Positions 1 to 6,389 of a stretch of DNA of 40,330 bases are shown piece by piece. This DNA is from a virus. A program made the translations under genes and the position numbers. The stretch lies in the IMG/VR virus record IMGVR_UViG_3300045988_047360; one strand, 5' to 3'. The notes beneath the pieces were generated by a model that worked only from the letters and a program-made list of their open reading frames with translations, had not been told where the DNA came from and ran no database searches. The stretch's first letter is position 1; every line of letters begins with the position of its first letter.

Positions 1-97
1 CACCCCAGTTCCCGGCTGTCGCTGCGCCACTGTACCCGGCTGTCGCTGCGCCACTGTACCCGGCTGTCGCTGCGCCACTGTCCCCGGCTGTCGCTGC
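1..97 (-). repeat. 24-nt in-frame tandem repeat (about 4 units) encoding octapeptide AATAG-x-x-G; same array as 40163-40330
   Basis: Unit ccggctgtcgctgcgccactgtac repeated head to tail. Minus-strand translation gives AATAGDSG AATAGYSG AATAGYSG AATAGNWG. Confidence 0.9.
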
Positions 98-175
98 TTT
101 CGGATCGGTATGTTCTGTGGTTGTATGTGCTTTCACATACTCAATCTGTGCCTTTACAAGGCCGGGGACCCCGAT
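1..175 (-). pseudogene. Central segment of a DUF7666-like repeat protein, in frame with ORF 176-424 but separated from it by TAA at 176-178
   Basis: 58 stop-free codons (IGVPGLVKAQIEYVKAHTTTEHTDPKAATAGDSG...) in the same frame as the upstream ORF. The frame continues across the circular junction into 39935-40330. Confidence 0.6.
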
Positions 176-424
176 TTACGCACCAATCTTGATTTTGGTT
201 GAAGCAACCTTGCTGTCATCCGAGCTTGCATTCGTCTCGCCGCTCTGCTCAACTTCGCAATACCGGCTGGATGCAGGCGGATAATACGAAAATACATCAA
301 GCGGTCTTTCACAGGCATGGAACCCGGTCTCACAGGCCACCGCGGCTGCACATTCATATTCCTTGCCGATCTCGTACTGAAAGCCCCTGCATTTCAGATC
401 CTTATCAAATCCTTTGTAATTCAT
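176..424 (-). CDS. DUF7666-like N-terminal domain protein (82 aa), apparently a truncated form of a longer repeat protein
   Basis: MNYKGFDKDLKCRGFQYEIGKEYE..GFHACERPLDVFSYYPP..SRYCEVE..DDSKVASTKIKIGA matches my memory of this phage/bacterial family. ATGA start/stop overlap with the upstream ORF. Confidence 0.65.
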   Translation of the reverse strand: MNYKGFDKDLKCRGFQYEIGKEYECAAAVACETGFHACERPLDVFSYYPPASSRYCEVEQSGETNASSDDSKVASTKIKIGA

Positions 425-639
425 TCCGCTTCCCACTCCTTATAAAGCTGCATCAGCTGCGCCTGCGTGGCGTTGTCAGCGCCGATGCTCTGTAAATACG
501 TTTCCGCCGTCAAAGGCTCTTCACTCTGCGCCCGCGGGGCAAAGATGATTGCCACCGCAGCAGCCACGATCAGGCAGATCGCCAGCTTTGCAAGCGCGCT
601 CTGCTTTCTCCGGCGCTGTTCCCGTGTCTTATGCTTCAT
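421..639 (-). CDS. Small single-pass membrane protein (72 aa)
   Basis: MKHKTREQRRRKQSALAKLAICLIVAAAVAIIF: basic N-terminus followed by one hydrophobic helix. Translationally coupled on both sides. Alternative start at 660. Confidence 0.5.
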   Translation of the reverse strand: MKHKTREQRRRKQSALAKLAICLIVAAAVAIIFAPRAQSEEPLTAETYLQSIGADNATQAQLMQLYKEWEAE

Positions 640-850
640 GCGGCTGCACCCCTTCCACATACTGAATAAACGGGATTCTGGGGATCTTCGTCCGGGTGCC
701 GGTACGCGTCACCGGGAATCCCAACTGCTCCGGGCAATCCCTCGCCGCGATGCGGATATACTGAGGATCGCAGCCGATCACCTCGGCAACATCCGTCGGG
801 ATGAGAAAGCACTTGTCGCTGGCCTTGATCTCTTCCATTGTCATAATCAT
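629..850 (-). CDS. Excisionase/MerR-like HTH DNA-binding protein (possible Xis or early regulator)
   Basis: AAGGAGG RBS. LIPTDVAEVIGCDPQYIRIAARD..FPVTRTGTRTKIPRIPFIQYV resembles excisionase-type winged-helix proteins. Start may be 844. Confidence 0.45.
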   Translation of the reverse strand: MIMTMEEIKASDKCFLIPTDVAEVIGCDPQYIRIAARDCPEQLGFPVTRTGTRTKIPRIPFIQYVEGVQPHEA

Positions 851-917
851 TTCCTCCTTGCATCAACCGGTTTCTTTTGGTAGAATGAAGGAAAGACACT
901 GCAAAAGTCTTTCCTTT

Positions 918-956
918 GCCCCGTTCGGTGTGCCAGCACCGGGCGGGGCGCTTTTT
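918..956 (+). terminator. GC-rich 13-bp hairpin followed by T5 on the plus strand (plus-oriented intrinsic terminator inside a minus-strand operon)
   Basis: gccccgttcggtg-tgccag-caccgggcggggc then gcttttt. On the minus strand the hairpin is followed by AAAGGAAAG, not a U-tract. Confidence 0.5.
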
Positions 957-1713
957 ATTGCCCCAAAAACAGGTTGATAAAATACTGCTGGCCTTTACCG
1001 GTCACAAGCGGCGTTTTCTTTACGCTGATGCTCCCGTTCGGCTCCTGCACGGTGCGCTCCTTGATCGTAAACCAGCCGCGTTCCATGCTGCGCTGCGTGG
1101 GCATGTTGTAATCCCTGCCGCTGCGCTTAATCAGGTAGCCGTTATCCCGGAGATAAGCAAATAAGCGGTTCTGGCCGATGTCCTTGCCGTTCTGTTTCAG
1201 AAGCTTTGCAAGCTCGCCTACAAGAATCGTGGTATGGCTCGCATTCACCGCATCCGCAAAAAGCACCTTCGGCGCATCGGATTCCACCTTTGCTTCAAGC
1301 TTCACCCGCTGTTCCCTTTCTTCCTGCAAAGCGGTCAGCAGCTTAATGCCAAACTCCGGCGATGCGATCATGTTTTCCAATGTGTTTTCCGTCATATACG
1401 CGCCATGCTTGCGGATGCTGGGCAAAATTTCTGTCGTTACCCAATCCGTAAACTTTTCTGCTGTCGGGAGTTTGGAACTGAATACCAAACGGTAAAGATC
1501 GCTCTCTGGGATGAAAGACATCTCTTGTTCACCTCCGCCGGTAAGGGTGTTCCGTTTCAGAACGCCCTTGCAGTGGTCGAACAACGCTTTGCGCGGGACC
1601 GCATATCCCAGCGCCTTTGCGACATCGCTCCCGCAAAACAACACCGTTCCATCTTCCTCAACGGTTCTGACTTCCCCAAACTCCGGGTTGCTAAAAATCT
1701 GAATATCGTTCAT
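955..1713 (-). CDS. Phage antirepressor (BRO N-terminal domain plus KilAC/ANT C-terminal domain)
   Basis: IQIFSNPEFGEVRTVEEDGTVLFCGSDVAKALGY..ESDLYRLVFSSKLPTAEKFTDWVTTEILPSIRKHGAY is Bro-N-like. C-terminal LFAYLRDNGYL..R..YN.PTQRSMERGWF is ANT-like. Confidence 0.8.
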   Translation of the reverse strand: MNDIQIFSNPEFGEVRTVEEDGTVLFCGSDVAKALGYAVPRKALFDHCKGVLKRNTLTGGGEQEMSFIPESDLYRLVFSSKLPTAEKFTDWVTTEILPSIRKHGAYMTENTLENMIASPEFGIKLLTALQEEREQRVKLEAKVESDAPKVLFADAVNASHTTILVGELAKLLKQNGKDIGQNRLFAYLRDNGYLIKRSGRDYNMPTQRSMERGWFTIKERTVQEPNGSISVKKTPLVTGKGQQYFINLFLGQ

Positions 1714-1916
1714 GCGCCCTCCTTATCTGCTTTTAAAAGCTCATCCACAGATACCCCGAAATGTTCCTCAATTAAACGCATATGTGCCGGATGGGGCATC
1801 GTCCCTTGTCTCCAATTTTTTACAGTTGTCTGATGTACACCAAGCGATTTTGCAAGCATATAATTTGTTTCCTTGTGTTCTGCTTGCAATTGGGCGAGTA
1901 AATTCGCAAACGTCAA
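1710..1916 (-). CDS. Cro-like XRE-family HTH regulator
   Basis: TTG start after a GGGGGGAAG RBS. NYMLAKSLGVHQTTVKNWRQG is a helix-turn-helix. Opposite orientation to the CI-like gene. ATGA overlap with the antirepressor. Confidence 0.65.
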   Translation of the reverse strand: MTFANLLAQLQAEHKETNYMLAKSLGVHQTTVKNWRQGTMPHPAHMRLIEEHFGVSVDELLKADKEGA

Positions 1917-1947
1917 TCCACTTCCCCCCTTTTATTTTAGATTATTC

Positions 1948-1976
1948 TTGACAGAGCTTTGGAATCGTGATACTCT
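1948..1976 (+). promoter_or_regulatory. Candidate sigma-70-type promoter directed toward the CI-like gene
   Basis: TTGACA (1948-1953), 17-nt spacer, TG-n-TACTCT extended -10 (1968-1976). Confidence 0.45.
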
Positions 1977-2065
1977 AATTTTGCAGAAATTAGACCATGC
2001 TTCCTTTGATTTTCCCGTTGTATTATGGCGGGAGACGTATTTGCTATGCCCTGATTGCAAAACAA

Positions 2066-2094
2066 ATTATAGACTATTATTAGAGCATTGTCAA
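2066..2094 (-). promoter_or_regulatory. Consensus sigma-70-type promoter directed toward the Cro-like early operon
   Basis: Minus strand reads TTGACA (2094-2089), 17-nt spacer, TATAAT (2071-2066). A TTATAGACTATT operator-like 12-mer overlaps the -10. Confidence 0.7.
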
Positions 2095-2149
2095 TCATTT
2101 TAAGACTTTTGTTAGACGTTATTTTAGACTATTTTTAGAGGTGTTAGTT

Positions 2150-2488
2150 ATGGATTTCGCACAATGGTTACAAAGCAAGCAGAAACAATACCACCTCACA
2201 AATTACAGAATAGCTAAAATGGCCGGAGTTCATCAGAGTACGGTTGCAGGATGGCTTAAAGGTACAAAACCGCAAGAGGAAAAAGAAGCTGACGTCCGCG
2301 CTGCAATTAAGAACTACGAAAATAGTCATTCCGAAGAGGGCCAAACCGAATTAAGTAAAAAAAATACGCCCACCGGTGAACCCGATGAGCGCGATGAAGA
2401 ATTTAATATGCTTATTTCTCAGCTGACAGCGGAAGAAAAGAAATTTATCTCCGCTCAGATAAAAGGGATTTTGTCAAATCGAGAATAA
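2150..2488 (+). CDS. CI-like XRE-family repressor
   Basis: AGAGGTG RBS. NYRIAKMAGVHQSTVAGWLKG is a helix-turn-helix. Acidic linker and short C-terminal helix. Alternative GTG start at 2141. Confidence 0.65.
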   Translation: MDFAQWLQSKQKQYHLTNYRIAKMAGVHQSTVAGWLKGTKPQEEKEADVRAAIKNYENSHSEEGQTELSKKNTPTGEPDERDEEFNMLISQLTAEEKKFISAQIKGILSNRE

Positions 2489-2564
2489 TGTCTTTTTCTT
2501 TTACAGTGAGTTGCCGGAACAGATCGGCCAGCTCTTGTGTAGATTTTTCTGCCTGCTCGTTCAT
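2445..2564 (-). CDS. Possible 39-aa ORF convergent with and overlapping the 3' end of the CI-like gene
   Basis: GGAGGAG RBS 6 nt before the ATG. MNEQAEKSTQELADLFRQLTVKEKDIILDLTKSLLSERR resembles the CI C-terminus (EFNMLISQLTAEEKKFISAQIKGIL). Confidence 0.25.
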   Translation of the reverse strand: MNEQAEKSTQELADLFRQLTVKEKDIILDLTKSLLSERR

Positions 2565-2698
2565 CTTCCGCTCCTCCATCCTTCCCATATTCAAACATTT
2601 GTTCTTTGTAAAAGTATATCATTCTTGTACTTGCTTTGCAACTGCAAAATGCACAATGTTTTGGGCCAATAGAAAATAATAAAATAGGGGGAAATTTT

Positions 2699-3787
2699 AT
2701 GGATTTTATTGATCAGTTAAAGCAGTTTTCTAAGCGCGTCGATTCAATGAAAAACAATGTGCAAACCGAAGAAGCAACCAAAACCGCATTGATTATGCCG
2801 TTTTTTTCTATGCTTGGATACGATGTTTTTAATCCACAGGAATTTGTCCCGGAATTTACTGCTGACGTTGGGATCAAAAAAGGTGAAAAAGTTGATTATG
2901 CTATTATAAAAGATGAAGAACCAGTTATCCTCATTGAGTGCAAAGCCATTACAGAGGATTTAGGGAAGCACGATTCCCAGCTTTTCCGCTATTTTGGGAC
3001 AACATCTGCTAAGTTTGCGATTTTGACAAACGGTCAGTATTATCGTTTTTACACTGATCTGGATAACCCAAATAAAATGGACGAAACGCCTTTTTTGTCT
3101 ATTAACATTTTAGATATCCGGGAAAACCAGGTGCCTGAACTAAAAAAATTCTGTAAATCCGTTTTTGACGTTGATTCAATTTTCAGCACAGCATCGGAGC
3201 TTAAATATGTACACGAATTTAAAGATATGTTCTCCCAGCAGCTAAACAATCCAACCGATGAATTTGTGAAGTTTTTCTTGACTGGCTGCTGGACTGGGCA
3301 GAAAACGCAAAATGTAATTGAAAAATTCAGGCCAATATTAAAGAAAGCTCTTAATGACCAGATCAGCGAGCTGATGAATGATAAAATCAAATCTGCGTTA
3401 GGTGGAGCTGGTGGAAGTGTTACAGTCCCGGCCACAGAAGAAAAAGTGGCAGAAGATGATTCGCAAGATGCATCTGCCGAAGAAAAGAAAGTTCATGCTA
3501 TCATTACTACCGAAGAAGAGCTTGAAGCATATTTTATTATTAAGAATTTGATGAGTGACATAGTAGACATCCACGATATCACTTATAAGGACACGGAATC
3601 TTACATAAATATCCTTTATAAATCAAACTCTCGCAAGTGGATTTGCAGGCTTCGATTGAGCGACACTACAAAAACAATAAGCATTCCAAACGAATCTAAG
3701 AAAGAAGTTAAGTACACGTTAGCTGATATATACGATATCCCTCAATATAAAGATCAGCTGCAACAAGTTTTGAAGCGTTACTTATAA
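2699..3787 (+). CDS. PD-(D/E)xK nuclease-fold protein with type I restriction HsdR N-terminal-like domain (362 aa)
   Basis: TEEATKTALIMPFFSMLGY, VDYAII and VILIECK (D..ExK) motifs. AT-rich gene inside the lysogeny module. Confidence 0.65.
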   Translation: MDFIDQLKQFSKRVDSMKNNVQTEEATKTALIMPFFSMLGYDVFNPQEFVPEFTADVGIKKGEKVDYAIIKDEEPVILIECKAITEDLGKHDSQLFRYFGTTSAKFAILTNGQYYRFYTDLDNPNKMDETPFLSINILDIRENQVPELKKFCKSVFDVDSIFSTASELKYVHEFKDMFSQQLNNPTDEFVKFFLTGCWTGQKTQNVIEKFRPILKKALNDQISELMNDKIKSALGGAGGSVTVPATEEKVAEDDSQDASAEEKKVHAIITTEEELEAYFIIKNLMSDIVDIHDITYKDTESYINILYKSNSRKWICRLRLSDTTKTISIPNESKKEVKYTLADIYDIPQYKDQLQQVLKRYL

Positions 3788-3860
3788 AATTTTTGTATAG
3801 ATACTTTGTTTCAATTGTGTCAGGATTTAATACTTAAAAAATATTTTAGGAGATGGGTTT

Positions 3861-4295
3861 ATGAAAAAAGTATTCAGTGTACTCCTTTGCTGCGGCGTAT
3901 GCCTGTCCTTTGCCGCATGCGGCGCAAACAGCACTCCCGGAAGCGATGCAGCGCAGGATCCTACGCCGCCCGATCTGACCGGTGAATGGAAGCAGACAAA
4001 CAGTGATTCGGACGATTCCTGGCAGGCTGCAACGATCACCGATGACACCATTGAGGTCTACTGGGTATCTGATAATGGAGACACGAAGTCTCTCTACTGG
4101 GCCGGTTCCTTCGAAGCGCCTACAGACGACGCAGAGCCGTACACATGGGAATCTGAAAACGATCACGACAAAACAGATTCCGCATTGCTCGCCAGCCCGG
4201 ACGATACCAAAACGTTTACTTATGAATCCGGCGAGCTGAGCTACGAAGTAAGCGCACTCGGCACGACAACAACGGTGCGGCTGGAAAAACAGTGA
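3861..4295 (+). CDS. Secreted lipoprotein (candidate superinfection-exclusion factor)
   Basis: AGGAG RBS. Signal peptide MKKVFSVLLCCGVCLSFAACG with a lipobox-like cysteine. Acidic mature part. Followed by a strong terminator. Confidence 0.7.
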   Translation: MKKVFSVLLCCGVCLSFAACGANSTPGSDAAQDPTPPDLTGEWKQTNSDSDDSWQAATITDDTIEVYWVSDNGDTKSLYWAGSFEAPTDDAEPYTWESENDHDKTDSALLASPDDTKTFTYESGELSYEVSALGTTTTVRLEKQ

Positions 4296-4308
4296 TTGAA
4301 TAAATCTT

Positions 4309-4346
4309 GGCCCTGCCGCCTCTGCAACAACGGCAGGGCCTTTTTG
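4309..4346 (+). terminator. Rho-independent terminator
   Basis: Perfect 10-bp stem ggccctgccg/cggcagggcc followed by ttttt. Confidence 0.85.
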
Positions 4347-4544
4347 CAGATTGGCGGCGTGGATCGCCTTGCTGCTTGTCCCCATGCTACGCTTTTGGGG
4401 TTTGTATGGGCAAGATGCACATTCGGTTTTTCTGCCAATTTCTGGAAACTGCATCTTGTATTTCATGGCGTAGGTTTGTGAAAAGTCGCGCCCCGCGAGG
4501 GGTGCGTGGATTGAAATTGTAATATATAGGAAAGGACGAGGGAA

Positions 4545-4946
4545 ATGACGATTCAAGAAATGTGCAATGAAAAAAGAATTGCTCTGGGCCTGACCCATCA
4601 GAACATCGCGGATCAGGCAGAAATGCCGCTGCAAACCGTGCGGAACTTCTTCTCCCGCGCGTCGAAAGCGCCGTCCATCTACACCACCGCGCAGATATGC
4701 GCCGTGCTGGGCGTGTCGCTGGATCAGTTCTTCGGCATTTGCGAACGACTGACGCAGAAAGAACAGCACATTGCCGATTTGCAAGCCTACATTGCAGATC
4801 AGGAATCTACCATTCAGGATTTGCACCGCCGCGCCCGTAGTATGCGCCGCGCAATTTTGGTGTTAGGCTGCGTGGCAATCGGCCTGCTGGTTTGGTGTAT
4901 TTATTTTGATTTGCATTGCCTTGATATTGGGTTTTATAGGAGGTAA
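4545..4946 (+). CDS. XRE-family HTH protein with coiled-coil and C-terminal transmembrane helix
   Basis: LTHQNIADQAEMPLQTVRNFFS is a helix-turn-helix. C-terminal AILVLGCVAIGLLVWCIYF is hydrophobic. The stop lies 5 nt before the integrase start. Confidence 0.6.
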   Translation: MTIQEMCNEKRIALGLTHQNIADQAEMPLQTVRNFFSRASKAPSIYTTAQICAVLGVSLDQFFGICERLTQKEQHIADLQAYIADQESTIQDLHRRARSMRRAILVLGCVAIGLLVWCIYFDLHCLDIGFYRR

Positions 4947-4950
4947 AGCA

Positions 4951-6060
4951 ATGGAGTGTATCAAATGTAAAGCCCCGCTGCCAGAGGGCGCGATCTTCTG
5001 CCCCATGTGCGGCAAAAAGCAAAACGAAAAGAAGTCGAATATTCACAAAAGAGGAAATGGCCAAGGAACGGCGATTCGTAGAGGAAAAACATGGACAGCC
5101 ATATGGACAGAAAATATTTATATTGACGCTGAAACGAAAGGGATAAAGCAAGTACGGAAATGGAAGGGAGGATTTACTTCAAAAACAGCTGCCTTAGCTT
5201 ATGCGGCTACCCCTTCGGAAGATCCCGTAAAAATTCCAACACTTCGGGATTATTGGAACAGCTGGGTAAATGGCGGCTTTACTAAATTATCTGATTCTAA
5301 AAAATGCGCACAAAAAATTGCATGGAAAAAACTTTCTTCCATTGCCGGCATGCCAGTGGATAAAATAACAATCGATACATTGCAAGAATGCATTGATGAA
5401 AAAGCTAAAACGTATTATCCCGCAAAAGACATGAAAACTGTTTTATCTCATTTGCTAAAGCGTGCAATTGCAGAAGGGTATATTGGCACTAATCTTTCCG
5501 AATTTATTACGCTTCCAAAGTTAAAGGAAACGGAAGCCAACCCATTTACAGAAAAAGAATTAGCTGCTTTTTGGGAAGCATATGGAAATGGTGATAGAAT
5601 TATAGGCTTTGTATTACTAATGATTTATACCGGTATGATGCCGGGCGAAATATTTATCTTAAAATCTGACATGATTGATTGGGAAAAGCGAGAAATTGTT
5701 AAAGCGGGTATCAAAACCGCAAAGAGAAAAGAAATCCCAATTGTTTTCCCAGAAATGATCGCGCCTGTTCTCGATAATTTAGTGCAATCATCGAGTAGTG
5801 CTGCCGGGTATGTTCTTGGAATGAATAAAGATAAATTTTATAAAGAGTACCACGAATCTATAAAAAAAGCGGGTGCAAGAGATTTGCCGCCCTATTCATG
5901 TAGACATACTACAGCAACAGCGCTTGCTCTTGGGAATATTGCACCAAGCGTAATTCAAAACGTTATGCGGCACGCTAAATTTTCCACTACTCAGCGATAT
6001 ATTCACCCGGATAATAAAAGCGCTCATGACGCAATTAACACGATTGGCAAAGGAGTGTAA
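4951..6060 (+). CDS. int: Tyrosine recombinase/integrase with N-terminal zinc ribbon
   Basis: AGGAGG RBS. CIKC..CPMC zinc ribbon. C-terminal catalytic-type motifs (YSCRHTTATAL, VMRHAKFSTTQRYIH). attP lies immediately downstream. Confidence 0.85.
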   Translation: MECIKCKAPLPEGAIFCPMCGKKQNEKKSNIHKRGNGQGTAIRRGKTWTAIWTENIYIDAETKGIKQVRKWKGGFTSKTAALAYAATPSEDPVKIPTLRDYWNSWVNGGFTKLSDSKKCAQKIAWKKLSSIAGMPVDKITIDTLQECIDEKAKTYYPAKDMKTVLSHLLKRAIAEGYIGTNLSEFITLPKLKETEANPFTEKELAAFWEAYGNGDRIIGFVLLMIYTGMMPGEIFILKSDMIDWEKREIVKAGIKTAKRKEIPIVFPEMIAPVLDNLVQSSSSAAGYVLGMNKDKFYKEYHESIKKAGARDLPPYSCRHTTATALALGNIAPSVIQNVMRHAKFSTTQRYIHPDNKSAHDAINTIGKGV

Positions 6061-6084
6061 TGCTAACTATAGTGCTAACTATAG
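6061..6084 (+). repeat. Two tandem copies of TGCTAACTATAG (candidate integrase arm-type sites, P arm)
   Basis: Exact 12-mer duplicated directly after the int stop codon. Two more copies at 6290-6313 flank the tRNA-derived core. Confidence 0.55.
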
Positions 6085-6142
6085 AAAAAAATCTAACAAA
6101 TTTTATCAAGTTTTTGTGATTTTATCGGCTTGATTAAAGGCG

Positions 6143-6191
6143 AAAAAAAGAAACCGGAAACCATTGAGTTCCAACGGTTTCCGGTCTTTTT
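6143..6191. terminator. Bidirectional rho-independent terminator (for int on plus, for the reconstituted tRNA on minus)
   Basis: 10-bp stem accggaaacc/ggtttccggt flanked by an A7 run upstream and a T5 run downstream. Confidence 0.75.
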
Positions 6192-6254
6192 GGCGCAGAA
6201 GGAGGGATTTGAACCCTCGCGCCGGTTACCCGGCCTACTCCCTTAGCAGGGGAG
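6191..6254 (-). tRNA. 3' fragment of tRNA-Ser(GCU), anticodon stem to CCA: attP core, not a complete tRNA
   Basis: Reverse complement reads CTCCC-CTGCTAA-GGGAG (anticodon GCT), long variable arm GCCGG-GTAA-CCGGC, T arm GAGGG-TTCAAAT-CCCTC, then acceptor 3' strand plus CCA. No D-arm or 5' acceptor strand lies upstream. Confidence 0.75.
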
Positions 6255-6289
6255 AAAAAGCCGTTGTGGCGCAGCGAAAAACGAGGATT

Positions 6290-6313
6290 TGCTAACTACT
6301 TTGCTAACTATAG
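6290..6313 (+). repeat. Two further TGCTAACTA(c/t)(t/a)(t/g) copies (candidate arm-type sites, P' arm)
   Basis: tgctaactactt followed by tgctaactatag, in the same orientation as 6061-6084. Confidence 0.5.
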
Positions 6314-6358
6314 CACAATGCGCACCAAGTCGTGTTTAATTTTTCGCAGGCAATTTGA

Positions 6359-6389
6359 GAACCCCCGGATGTACCCGGGGGTTCTTTTA
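6359..6389 (+). terminator. GC-rich hairpin with plus-strand T-tract at the end of the minus-strand operon
   Basis: gaacccccgg-atgtac-ccgggggttc then tttta. Sits directly after the stop of ORF 6387-6725 on the minus strand, where it lacks a U-tract. Confidence 0.6.

Noticed and set aside
1-97. Regularly spaced 24-nt repeats at both window ends could be mistaken for a CRISPR array
   Set aside because: The units are contiguous with no spacers. They are in frame and encode an octapeptide repeat inside a protein-coding gene. No cas genes are present.
176-178. The in-frame TAA as evidence for a reassigned stop codon (alternative genetic code)
   Set aside because: TAA terminates several clearly complete genes here (the antirepressor at 955, the gp10-like gene at 24885, int at 6058 and ORF 6387). 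All other genes are intact under the standard code.
6191-6254. A functional tRNA-Ser gene
   Set aside because: Only the anticodon stem through CCA is present. The upstream 30 nt cannot form a D-arm or a 5' acceptor strand. It is interpreted as an attP core.
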